A DNA stretch of 63,466 nt, counting the filler, from Reticulomyxa filosa (taxonomy: Eukaryota > Protista > Foraminifera), in the NCBI GenBank assembly GCA_000512085.1. It is 25 parts of 25 records of this genome, joined end to end, with 100 filler letters (N's around TTAATTAATTAA, not from the genome) between each part and the next. Parts side by side here need not be neighbours in the genome. Positions count along the whole stretch, not along the records: positions 38,712 to 39,903 come from ASPP01011236.1; positions 40,004 to 41,091 come from ASPP01012140.1; positions 41,192 to 42,366 come from ASPP01035407.1; positions 42,467 to 44,262 come from ASPP01048511.1; positions 44,363 to 46,325 come from ASPP01021826.1; positions 46,426 to 47,718 come from ASPP01009670.1; positions 47,819 to 48,818 come from ASPP01049562.1; positions 48,919 to 52,590 come from ASPP01004637.1; 17 more parts are not named here. The stretch is one strand, 5' to 3'. Both the position numbers and the translations under genes were made by a program. The notes under the pieces are model-generated. The model did no database searches. It had not been told where the DNA came from and saw only the letters and a list, made by a program, of their open reading frames with translations. Below, one piece after another: positions 38,712 to 48,930 of the stretch (position 1 is its first letter; each line of letters starts with the position of its first letter).

Positions 38712-38883
38712 CTTTGTCCCACAGCACTTTGGCACCGCGCTGGGCCAGGGTGTATTCCGGCTGCAGCGAGCCGCGCAGACGCACAACGTCTTCGGCGGAG
38801 TAACCACGCTTGATGCCATTCCAGCGCGGGTTTTCAGCCCAGCTTTTTTTCAGAGCGGCGATTTGCTGTTCGCGAGTCATCAT
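38712..38883 (-). CDS. aceA: Isocitrate lyase, N-terminal fragment (bacterial)
   Basis: MMTREQQIAALKKSWAENPRWNGIKRGYSAEDVVRLRGS..EYTLAQRGAKVLW. RBS AAGGA upstream. Confidence 0.95.
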
Positions 38884-39094
38884 GGTGTGAATCCTTAACT
38901 TGATAGTTCGTTTTGCCGGCTGGCCGGCGCTCCCAGTTTCGTTGATGCAGGCCGGTTTGTCTGGCCTTGCTGCGTCTGGCAACCCCTGTTTTAGCGGGGC
39001 TGCCTGCTGCCGGAAACCGCCCCGGATAAAGGGCTGGCATGCCATGCAGTTGCGCTGTTGTGGAACCATTTAAGCATAAAAATTTCTCGATGTG

Positions 39095-39106
39095 TGCAGT
39101 GCAGCA
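39095..39106. promoter_or_regulatory. Candidate PhaR-type operator upstream of aceA
   Basis: TGCAGTGCAGCA fits TGCRNYGCASMA, just upstream of a candidate aceA -10 (TATGCT, minus strand, 39073-39078). Confidence 0.35.
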
Positions 39107-39233
39107 AAAAAAAATCCTTTGTTTTCAATTGGTAACAATCATGCCCAAAAACGAACCGGAGCGAGCGCTTGTTTTTGTGCACTTGCGAAAAAGTTGGTGC
39201 ACAAGCGCGCATCAAAAAGCGCAGCGTGGCCCG

Positions 39234-39261
39234 CTTGAAAAGTGGGGCGATGCCCCTATAT
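39234..39261 (+). promoter_or_regulatory. Sigma32 (RpoH) promoter of grpE
   Basis: CTTGAA-N14-CCCTATAT versus consensus CTTGAA-N13-17-CCCCATNT. Confidence 0.8.
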
Positions 39262-39299
39262 AGGGAAGGTCTTTTTGATTTCAGCCAATGGGAAGCGTC

Positions 39300-39831
39300 A
39301 TGCAGGAAAATCAGAATCCCCAAGCAGAAGAAGTGCTTGAACAAAGCCAGCAGGCCGCCGAAACCGCAGCCGACACCGCCGAATCCCGCGTTGCTGCACT
39401 GGAAGCAGAGGTTGCAGAACTGAAAGAGCAGTATCTGCGTGCCCGGGCCGAAACCGAAAACGTTCGTCGCCGTGCGGCGGAGGATGTCAGCAACGCCCAG
39501 AAATTTGCCGCGCAGAAGTTCGCCTCCGAACTGCTGTCGGTAAAAGACAGCCTGGAAATGGCACTTTTTGGATCAGTCCGGCCAGTTCGACGCGCTCAAG
39601 TTCGGCGTGGACCTCACGCTGAAGCAGCTAGTGTCGGCCTTCGAGAAGGCGCAGATCACCGAGATCAACCCGCTGGGCGACAAGCTTGACCCGCACAAAC
39701 ACCAGGCCATCAGCACCGAAGAATCGGAAGCCGAGGCCAACACCGTGGTTCGTGTGATGCAGAAAGGCTACCTGCTGGCCGACCGCGTGCTGCGCCCGGC
39801 CATGGTGGTGGTGGCCAAGCCGAAAGCCTGA
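39300..39831 (+). CDS. grpE: Nucleotide exchange factor GrpE (one extra T at 39565-39569)
   Basis: [58 protein letters not shown]. Removing one T joins the two ORFs. Confidence 0.95.
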
Positions 39832-39854
39832 AGGCCGGCGTGGTTAACTACCCT

Positions 39855-39882
39855 CTTGAAATTGTGGCAATAGCCAATATCT
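39855..39882 (+). promoter_or_regulatory. Second sigma32-like promoter downstream of grpE (probably for dnaK)
   Basis: CCCTCTTGAA-N14-CAATATCT. grpE is commonly followed by dnaK. The downstream gene is off-contig. Confidence 0.5.
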
Positions 39883-40003
39883 GACAGCACATCAGGCCGG
39901 CGCNNNNNNNNNNNNNNNNNNNNNNNNNNNNNNNNNNNNNNNNNNNNTTAATTAATTAANNNNNNNNNNNNNNNNNNNNNNNNNNNNNNNNNNNNNNNNN
40001 NNN

Positions 40004-40091
40004 GATTGGGGGTAATGCGGGCATAGATGGCACTTTTACCAAGCCCGGTCTTGCAGATCAGTTGCGGCAAGCGCAGCAGGGTGTCATTCAT
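40004..40091 (-). CDS. alpA: AlpA-family regulator/excisionase, N-terminal fragment
   Basis: MNDTLLRLPQLICKTGLGKSAIYARI with RBS AAGGAG 9 nt upstream. Confidence 0.85.
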
Positions 40092-40185
40092 CAGAGGCAA
40101 CTCCTTTTCGTGGGCGCAGTGGCGCTTTGAAAAAAAATGCCTCCTCTGAATAGAGGGCTTATTTATTGGGCCATGCAGTGCAAGC

Positions 40186-40370
40186 CCCGTCAACACCTAT
40201 ACTTTGACGGGTGTACCGTAATGTGCCGCAATGTGTAGCAGCGTGCCGTGTCGTGCGATATCACCACGTATCAGGAAGGCCGCAGACGTCCGCAAACGTC
40301 CGGCATCACTTTTTCCTTACTTGTATCTGATATGCAACACTCCGCAGACCTTAACGAACCCATACAGACC
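40186..40370. repeat. Inverted repeat and three 10-bp-phased direct repeat arrays between int and alpA
   Basis: CCCGTCAA-N10-TTGACGGG (40186-40211); arrays at 40211-40260, 40281-40302 and 40341-40370. Confidence 0.7.
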
Positions 40371-40390
40371 ATTGCGGAACTCATGTCAGC

Positions 40391-41091
40391 CTATGCACTA
40401 CGGAAAAGCGGTATCACCTCAGCGCCCTGTACCGCTGACTGCACAAAGTCAGCCCATGCCTGCATGATGGTCTTGCGCTGCTCGGCATACTCGGCCCGGT
40501 TGTACACACCCTTGATACCCACGATCTTGTGAGCCAGTGCCTTTTCGATGGCATCAGACGGGTGCCCCATTTCGTGCAGATGGGTGGATGCGGTACGGCG
40601 GAAGTCGTGCAATACGAAGTGCTGCACATCCAACGACAAGGCCCGCACTGCCTGATTTAGTGTGCTGCTGGCAATCGGGCGATCTTCCATGCCCCTGCTA
40701 GATGGAAACAAATACACGGAACGGCCAGCCAGGTGGTGCAGCTCCTGCAACAAGGCAATGGCCTGGCGTGACAGGTACACACGGTGCGGCCTGTCTTTCT
40801 TCATGCGTTCAGCTGGGATATCCCACACCCCCGCATCTAAATCGACCTCATCCCAACGGGCCTCGGTCAACTCGGTTTTCCTCACCATCGTAATGGCCAG
40901 CAGGTGCAGTGCCAGCTTGAGGCTACGCCGTATATCCGACGCATACACACCGCGCAGTACCTGGCCCACCTCCTCGGCAGACAACACACGGGTACGGCTT
41001 TCCTCGCTGGCGATAAAGCGAGCAACCAGTACGCCCGCAGGGTTGGTATCAACCACCTGGCGAGCGATAGCGTAGTCGTACATGCGCTTGA
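40391..41091 (-). CDS. P4-type tyrosine integrase, 5' truncated
   Basis: TMVRKTEL (R), MKKDRPH (K), HDFRRTAST (HxxR), LAH, GVYNRAEY (catalytic Y). Confidence 0.95.
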
Positions 41092-41191
41092 NNNNNNNNN
41101 NNNNNNNNNNNNNNNNNNNNNNNNNNNNNNNNNNNTTAATTAATTAANNNNNNNNNNNNNNNNNNNNNNNNNNNNNNNNNNNNNNNNNNNN

Positions 41192-41260
41192 TTCATGGAG
41201 AAAATCAATTATCATCATATGATATCGTTTTAGGGGTTCAGTTTTCTGCAACATACTGTA
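41192..41260 (+). mobile_element. High-copy repeat terminus, subfamily A
   Basis: GAGAAAATCAATTATCATCATATGATATCGTTTTAGGGGTTCAGTTTTCTGCAACATACTG-TA at the contig start. Confidence 0.8.
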
Positions 41261-41524
41261 GATAATACTTATATATATTCTACGAAAGTAAAAGCAATAA
41301 TGCAAGCGTTTATGTTATTGCTAGATTTAATAACAACACGAAAGTACATTTTAATACAAATTTAGATAATCTATTTGAAAAGTGAAGAAGTTAAAAATTA
41401 AGTTAAAATGCAGGATATAGAAGTATTTAAAAAAAATGTAAAGAATTGAGCAAAGAAAAAGAATAGAAGTGAAAATATATTGATTTGATATTTGAAATTA
41501 TGATAGTAAATTTAAGGAAATGAA

Positions 41525-41611
41525 AGAAAAAATATCGTGTTTATGTAGCACATATTGAGATCCATACAATGGAGTGGGCAGCTCCTTCAAAGTTGTATTT
41601 CGATTAACCAT
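41525..41611 (-). pseudogene. Kelch-family N-terminal fragment
   Basis: MVNRNTTLKELPTPLYGSQYVLHKHDIF, homologous to the peptide at 18430. Confidence 0.6.
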
Positions 41612-42575
41612 GTTGTTAATGTTATTGAATTTTTTTAAGTAGTTTTTAACTTTTTTAAAAGGATCGTGGTATAACTTTTTTGAAAAAAACAAAACGTAAT
41701 ACATAAAGACAACAAACGCAAGGTTGAATTGATATCTTTTTTGTTTTTTGTAAGGAGGCAAAGATTTGAAACATACTTTGTCTACTTATTATTCAATGAA
41801 TTAAATAAAATTGATAAAAATGACTTAAAAAAAGACAATAAATTTTAAATAACAAATTTACAAAATATTGAAAATAACACAAAGATATCAAACAAAATAT
41901 CGTCATTAAGAATAGTGGAAGAAGTGGAATATCACATAGCAATAGTGTAAATCGACAATCATGTTTTTGAAAATATGGCAGCAGCATCAAATAAAAGAAC
42001 TTTCAAACAATTTTTTGGGTCCACAAGTACAAGCAAACACTTAATTCTGAACAACATTATCATTTTGAATAACACCATTATACGTTAACACAAAAAAAGA
42101 GGCAATAAATTAAACCAAAACAAATAAAACAGCTTTGGATGTATATGTATGCATGAGAGACTTTTAGGAAATATTGAAAGTACATTTAGACAATGAAAAA
42201 TATTTTCGATTGTTATTGTTATCTTCCCTTTTTTATATTTTTGTGTTTTCAATCAAGTATTTTTTTTAATACAAATATTCAAGAAAGACATTGATATAAA
42301 ATATTATTTAATTGAATGACATGTATTGTTTATTATAAATTAATTTCAGATTTAGTATTTCGTAAANNNNNNNNNNNNNNNNNNNNNNNNNNNNNNNNNN
42401 NNNNNNNNNNTTAATTAATTAANNNNNNNNNNNNNNNNNNNNNNNNNNNNNNNNNNNNNNNNNNNNAAAATTTTGATATTTAAAATATTGAAACATTTTA
42501 TTGCTTTTAAAAAAAGAGTTTTGTTTGTATGCTGGTTGGTGGAGCTAGCATTCGATATGTAGCAAAGAAATTTAA

Positions 42576-42720
42576 TATAGTATTTAGGTATTGCAGTTTT
42601 TTTGCAATATACTGTATTTTTCTTTTTTAAAAATTATGTCTGAATGTTGTTTTTTCGTGAAGAAAATCAATTATTTTTATAAAGTGCTATTTTATGTTTC
42701 AACTTTATTTTGCATTATAC
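42576..42720 (+). mobile_element. Repeat terminus subfamily B followed by a degenerate second copy
   Basis: TTTAGGTATTGCAGTTTTTTTGCAATATACTG-TA, then GTCTGAATGTTG..GAAAATCAATT..TTTGCATTATAC. Confidence 0.6.
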
Positions 42721-42909
42721 AATAGTACAGTCTTTTCAAAAGATTTAGCTTATATACATTTTGAAAGAAAGTTTTTGCATATCTATGTTTTATTATTTCA
42801 TTTATACAGTATCGATTACATACTATCGCAATGTTTGGAGTAAGTCCTTTTACATAATATTATGTGTTGTATTTTCTAATTTTTTGTTTAGTATTTATTG
42901 CTGAGACTA

Positions 42910-43297
42910 TGCTTTCTTCATGACACGTTTGACTACAATATATGCTTTTTCATTTACTGTGATTTTAGTATGTCATTTGATTAAGTATATTTCAGGTTAT
43001 AAATGTACTCAAATGTTGAATAAAATACATTGACATTCTTTAATTTGATTTTCATATTTTCCTAGTCTTGTTTTTATTGAGCCAATGACAAATTTGCAGT
43101 TAATTAATATTATTACTCTTTCTTTTTTGTTTGTATTGAGATTATACATATTTCAATGCGTGTTTCATTCCTTCTGTCTCACACTTGATGTTTGTGACAA
43201 TTCCATTAATTGAATATTCTATTTCGATCCGTTCTGTAAATGAAAGGTCTTGTAAACCCTTCCAATTCCTACAAATACTGGATTTGGAAATGTAATT
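42910..43297 (-). mobile_element. Decayed RNase H domain of a non-LTR retrotransposon
   Basis: TFPNPVFVGIG..TNIKCETEGMKHAL..RVIILINCKFV..PEIYLIK*HTKITVNEKAYIVVKR, matching NPGxGG, E..A, xDxxxV and WxxGH..GNExADxxAK. Confidence 0.72.
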
Positions 43298-43745
43298 GTG
43301 GATGAGTTATTTTGGCATTTGTTGTCAATTTATAAATGTATTTGTCTGGCACAATATGTTGAATTTCTGCTTCATCTACATGAATATTTGTATAGTTCAT
43401 TTAAGTAGTCTTTTGAGATTTATTCAAGGCCGTAAATCAAAAAAGTGAACTTATCGCTATTCAATGGACGAAAATTTTGGTGCCTACAAATTTAAGATAG
43501 TTTTGTTGGTCAATACTCTGCTTAAAATTTTTTTTGAAGCAACCAAAATTATTCTAATCACGTCAATCTCATACACAACCCACAGCAAGTTTAGCGTGAG
43601 TCGATTTTATAATGAATGTTACAAGCAAGACCCAAAAGGTCTGCAAACACGGAAAAAAAACGTCCGCCACTATATGAAGTATTAAAGAAAAAAACAACTA
43701 CGAGAGACGAACACGACTGAACGGCTGCAAGTAGTTTCGAATGTT

Positions 43746-44218
43746 TTATATCATTTCAAAATATCTCGCTCTTTCCCAGTCGCTGACATGGCTGAGATAT
43801 TTGTCATTTTCCAATTGGTAGAAATGGGTATAATGATTAACAACATCTTCGCCAAGAGTGTCATTTGCCCATTTGGAGTCTCTCAGCTTTGCAATGGCAA
43901 CATCGAATTTGGTAGGCACTTGTTCCAAGTGCGAAGCCTTTTCATTTTTATTTTATTTATTTTGTGTGTGTGTGTTTGTACATTCCATTGGTTTGACAAT
44001 GATATTTGAAAAAAACAAAACATTATAAATATCGCCATCTGCAGCTTCAGGAGGTTGCAATTCTTGTTCAATTCCGGCCAGACCCGAGGCCAAAGACCCT
44101 GCAAAAGCTAGATAAGGATTGACATCAGCACCACAAATTCGCATTTCAATTCGAAGCGAATTGCCACTGCCAACGACACGAAATCCGGCAGAGCGATTGT
44201 CATAACTCCAAGCACATC
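43746..44218 (-). CDS. Glutamine synthetase-like gamma-glutamyl ligase (bacterial GlnA4/PuuA-like), last two exons
   Basis: CAWSYDNRSAGFRVVGSGNSLRIEMRICGADVNPYLAFA...LGEDVVNHY..VSDWERARYFEMI*. Intron 44021-43938 is phase 0. Confidence 0.88.
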
Positions 44219-44223
44219 CTTTT

Positions 44224-44262
<39 letters not shown>

Positions 44263-44362
44263 NNNNNNNNNNNNNNNNNNNNNNNNNNNNNNNNNNNNNN
44301 NNNNNNTTAATTAATTAANNNNNNNNNNNNNNNNNNNNNNNNNNNNNNNNNNNNNNNNNNNN

Positions 44363-44431
44363 CATTGAGAAAATCGATTCTCTTCATATAGTGCCATTTA
44401 GGTATGGCAGTTTTTTTTGCAATCTACTGTA
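44363..44431 (+). mobile_element. High-copy repeat terminus, subfamily B
   Basis: CATTGAGAAAATCGATT...TTTAGGTATGGCAGTTTTTTTTGCAATCTACTG-TA at the contig start. Confidence 0.75.
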
Positions 44432-45464
44432 GGTAACTTGAATGCACAAGAAAGTATAATTGAAAATGATATTTGTTATTTGTATTTCATTTAAAATGTA
44501 AATACTTGTTTATTTAATTCTTTTATATTACAAAGGACATCAAAATTTTTTCATTCCACACATTGCTACTTGGAGCAACACTATCACTATTGTTATCGTT
44601 GCAGTTTTTACTTGGCTTTGAACTAATTTTGTTGATCTTGTATTCTTTCACTTTGTGCTGCACTTTTATTGCTTTTTTTTTCAAACAACATCGAAGTCAT
44701 CACTACTTGTTTTTTTTGTTCTTTTTCTTCATTTTCATTCTTCTTGTCTTTGTTGTGTCGATGTTTCCGCGCATTACTGGTTCATCAAATGTTTCCCTTT
44801 AAAAATGCCAACAAAAAAAACTTTGTAAAGTCTTTGAATGTGAATAGTGCAGAATCAAGGAGACCTCCATAGAGATGTGGAACTCGACGCAAATGTCGAT
44901 GATGTTGTGCAATTGCGTGACGTAATAATAGGCAATTTAATATAGAAGAAAGAAAATAGTTTTAAAAAATATTTTTGCTTAATTCGTTTGTTTTGAGTTG
45001 TTTTTTTAGTTTAATTTTAAATTTTATTTGGTAGTGCTAATTTAGTGTTAAAGTCTCTGTTGTTGAAAATTGTAATTTACTAAAATTTTTTTTTGTTGTT
45101 GGTAGCGTATTTTAAGTTTGAAAAATTTATGTCCATTTGGGTTTAAATACAATAGTTTAGAACTATTGCGCACGTGAAATATGCTTATAATGTAATGCAA
45201 TTTGTAATATACATGATATATTCAATTTTTAACAAATTTTTTCCTTTTACATCATCCACTTCAATCCTAAAAAAGTGCTAAAGGAATAACTACTTCAACA
45301 CAACAAGCATTGGTAGATCTCAATTTAATCTTGAAAAACTGCTTGATTATAAACCTTTTTTTTCTTAAATGACAAAAATTCCAAAAATAAATGAAACGAC
45401 AATCCAAAGTATAAATTGAATAAATTCAAAAATGAAAATCAAAACAAAATTTCATTCATACATA

Positions 45465-46325
45465 TTATCCCCAAACATGAATTAAACCATTATGTGAGCC
45501 ATAATATAAATGAACACCGTAGTCATTTTTTAATTTTTGTTCATTATCATTTACTTTGTTTTTCAATGATACAAATTTAAGACATCCTATTCCATTATAT
45601 CCTTTAATTGAATACAATTCTTTCTTATTTGATCGAATATCCCAAAAACGAATTGTATTATCCCATGACCCAGAGCATATCACATTCGAATTACAAATAT
45701 TATTCTTTATTACAAATGGTGAATATTCAACAGACCAAACCCAATTTGTATGTCCATTGAACACTTTAGCTTGTTGACCAGATCGAATATCCCACAAACA
45801 GACACTTTTATCATCTGATCCAGATAATATTGTATTTAATAATTCATTTGATCCATATTTTACACTCCTAATAACATATTTATGTCCTTTGAATACATTC
45901 AATTGTTTTGTTGTTTCAATATCCCATATTCGAATAGTTTTATCAGATGATCCAGAACAAATTGTATATCCATTTCCGCCAATCACACCAATATTATTTA
46001 TTTTATTATTATTATCATTTTTGTTATTGTTTTGTAATGGCGAAATATCAACGCAACAAACAGCCTTTTTATGTCCATTAAAAACGTGTAATGATTTTGA
46101 TGTTTCAACATTCCATAAACAAATCGTTTTATCAATAGATCCAGAACACAAATATCTACCACAATTAAATGGTGAAAATTCAATTCCACAAACACCACCA
46201 GTGTGTCCATTAAATATTTGTAATCGCTTATTATGTTTGAAATCCCAAAAACGAATGGTTTTGTCAATTGATGAAGAACAAATGACATTTTGATGATGAT
46301 TATGATAATGATATGATGAAAATTT
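45465..46325 (-). CDS. WD40-repeat protein, paralogue of 6980-8098, 5' truncated
   Basis: Same repeats and the NNIGVIGGNGYTICSGS signature. The frame is open to the contig end. Confidence 0.93.
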   Translation of the reverse strand, partial: KFSSYHYHNHHQNVICSSSIDKTIRFWDFKHNKRLQIFNGHTGGVCGIEFSPFNCGRYLCSGSIDKTICLWNVETSKSLHVFNGHKKAVCCVDISPLQNNNKNDNNNKINNIGVIGGNGYTICSGSSDKTIRIWDIETTKQLNVFKGHKYVIRSVKYGSNELLNTILSGSDDKSVCLWDIRSGQQAKVFNGHTNWVWSVEYSPFVIKNNICNSNVICSGSWDNTIRFWDIRSNKKELYSIKGYNGIGCLKFVSLKNKVNDNEQKLKNDYGVHLYYGSHNGLIHVWG

Positions 46326-46709
46326 NNNNNNNNNNNNNNNNNNNNNNNNNNNNNNNNNNNNNNNNNNNNTTAATTAATTAANNNNNNNNNNNNNNNNNNN
46401 NNNNNNNNNNNNNNNNNNNNNNNNNTTTTAAAAATTTCGAATGAGTTCATATAAATTGAACATGTATTGAAAATAAGAAATTTTTAAATCTTTTTGTTTT
46501 CATTTTAGGAATCTTCAAGTCACGTGGATACTTTAAAAAAAAGATTAGCATTGTATCTTTCGTAATTTTTAACAAAATTTTGAAAACTTTTTTTTGATTA
46601 TTTGAAATTTTTTAAAAAAAATATTTTTTTGTTATTTTTACCATTTTGTTGATTTTCATTGTGAATTGATTAAAGCTTCAATTATCATTGGCATTGACTA
46701 AACTAAAGT

Positions 46710-47170
46710 ATATTGACATATTTGAATGTCGATCTTTTGTTCTTGCACATTATATCTTCGTAACTCTTGAAATCCAAGTCCATGCAATATTTGCCAACAC
46801 ACATTTTAAAGGTTAATTCTAGTCTCAAATAGATAAATTTCAAAAGCAATTGAAATGCTTAGATTGGAATTACAATCTTTCATCGCGAGTTTTGCCATAA
46901 TCGCTTTCGATTGTTTGAAATGTCAAATTTGCATCCAAGCAAATGACTCAGCATGTAAGGCTTGCTTGTGGATTGTTTCCACATACTGCTTATTACTCGA
47001 ATTTTTCCTAACCACGAATTAGTCAGCGCGTCATAGCCTACAAATCGAATACACTCGACAAAACTACTGTCTGTAGTGCAATGGGCATAACGTGCTTGAT
47101 CATTTTCACCATTGTGCAGCAATACAAACTCGCAATTCTAATACTTCATTTTTTCAGGAAAACTGTTTGC
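46710..47170 (-). pseudogene. BTB-domain pseudogene
   Basis: Y*NCEFVL...LSHLL...IPI*AFQLLLKFIY pattern with stops. Confidence 0.4.
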
Positions 47171-47360
47171 AAAAAAATTGAAAATTATATTTGGAGCAGT
47201 TGAAACAATATTAGTGAAGGTATAGATGTGGTCAAGTTTATATATCATTGATATGTCGAAATTTTAAAAAATGTTGCACATATCGATTCCAGGAGCCACT
47301 TTTTTTGCGGTCGATTGTATGTTCAAAATAAAAATTTGCCTACATAAAATCTTTTTTTAA

Positions 47361-47678
47361 ATGGCGAGCATAAACAACGAATCAACTGTCATCTCTGAAA
47401 AGAAGGAAACAAGATCCGTCAGCTCACTGGATGACATTGAAAGCCAGCTGTCTCGCTTAAGTAAACGCAAGAGACTCAAAATATTTACCCTTGTGCCAAC
47501 TCGATGACAAACTTGCAAAAACATACACATATAAAAAAAGGTGTCCTGACAAAAATATCGCCGCGTTTGTCACAAAATGAAGACGATAAAAAAGAGTCTA
47601 CTCCAACAGTCACCAACAAAGTATCTACGGATTCCGAAACAAGCCAAAAGTACAAAGGATGGGCTAAAGGAACTGGAG
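47361..47678 (+). CDS. N-terminus of unknown protein ending in WAKGTG (motif seen in BIRC6-type UBC proteins)
   Basis: Exons 47361-47460 and 47541-47678 join in phase. The contig ends in a poly-T intron. Confidence 0.45.
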
Positions 47679-47679
47679 T

Positions 47680-47718
<39 letters not shown>

Positions 47719-47818
47719 NNNNNNNNNNNNNNNNNNNNNNNNNNNNNNNNNNNNNNNNNNNNTTAATTAATTAANNNNNNNNNNNNNNNNNNNNNNNNNN
47801 NNNNNNNNNNNNNNNNNN

Positions 47819-48818
47819 CGTGTTGTAATGCATGTATTGAAAAGGAATGTATCAACGACAAAGAAAAAGAAGAGCAAATTGATTGACAAGGAATATTCAC
47901 AACAAAATCAATTAAACGAAAGCAAAGAAATAAATAATAACAATGATATTGGATTGAAACTATTGGCATTTGGTGTAATGATATATAGCCCTCGAATTCA
48001 ATTTAATTTAAGTTATGATAAAAATATTATTAATTCTGATGCTTTCAAAACATTGTTACAATATTGCAATGAACAAGCCATTGAATGGGGATTGCCAATA
48101 GAACAGAGATGGAATGTTGATGATAAAATCCCACTTCCTTTTTGTATAAAATCTCTCAACACAAACAAACACAAAGGTCGTTACAATATTGTTTGTGAAT
48201 CAGCACAATCAGGTGATATGTCTCAATTGAAATCTGCATTGAGACATCATCACATCAACATTAATGATGCATTCAATGAACATGGGCACGCTCCATTGGC
48301 TCTGGCATTACATTACAAACATTGGGATATTGCTCGCTATTGTATTCAACAAGGTGCATGGATTGATGTTAGAGGAGGTGCATTCAATGAAGTCACTTCG
48401 CAAACACCTTTTGAATACATTATCAATATTTTTGGGAGCGATAAAGTGGATGAAAATAAATATTTGGAAATGGTGAGCACGTGTAAATGGATATTGAGAC
48501 AACGAACAATATATCCAATGAAACAAATTGAATATGCAATTAATTATGTGAAAGATAAATTGATTGATGAAGATGGTGTAAGCAAAGTAATTGATGAAAC
48601 AAGTTATGAGACATCACTAGTTGAAGGTGCAACATTTTTATTGGGAGAAAATCAAAAAGGATTAAAAGATTTGTTAATTAATAATAGGTGTTTGTATTGG
48701 GCAGCCAGTCAAAATCTATTGTCTATAAAACTTGAAGATTGTAAAAAACAAAGATTTGACGAAGGATGGCATCCAATTCGATTTCTTGCTTTTCGAATAT
48801 TTTTGTTATTTGAAATAT
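47819..48818 (+). CDS. Ankyrin-repeat-containing protein, internal fragment
   Basis: SAQSGDMSQLK..ININDAFNEHGHAPLALALHYKHWDIARYCIQQGAWID. Open across the whole contig. Confidence 0.75.
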
Positions 48819-48930
48819 NNNNNNNNNNNNNNNNNNNNNNNNNNNNNNNNNNNNNNNNNNNNTTAATTAATTAANNNNNNNNNNNNNNNNNNNNNNNNNN
48901 NNNNNNNNNNNNNNNNNNTTTTTTTTTTTT

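Noticed and set aside
39561-39570. Programmed frameshift or pseudogenisation of grpE
   Set aside because: A single extra T in a homopolymer, matching the error pattern across the window; the rest of the gene is intact.
40211-40370. CRISPR array
   Set aside because: Units are 10 bp, degenerate and have no spacers; no cas genes.
38712-41091. Genomic island inserted next to grpE, or bacterial HGT into the host
   Set aside because: Separate contigs with no junction to each other or to host DNA.
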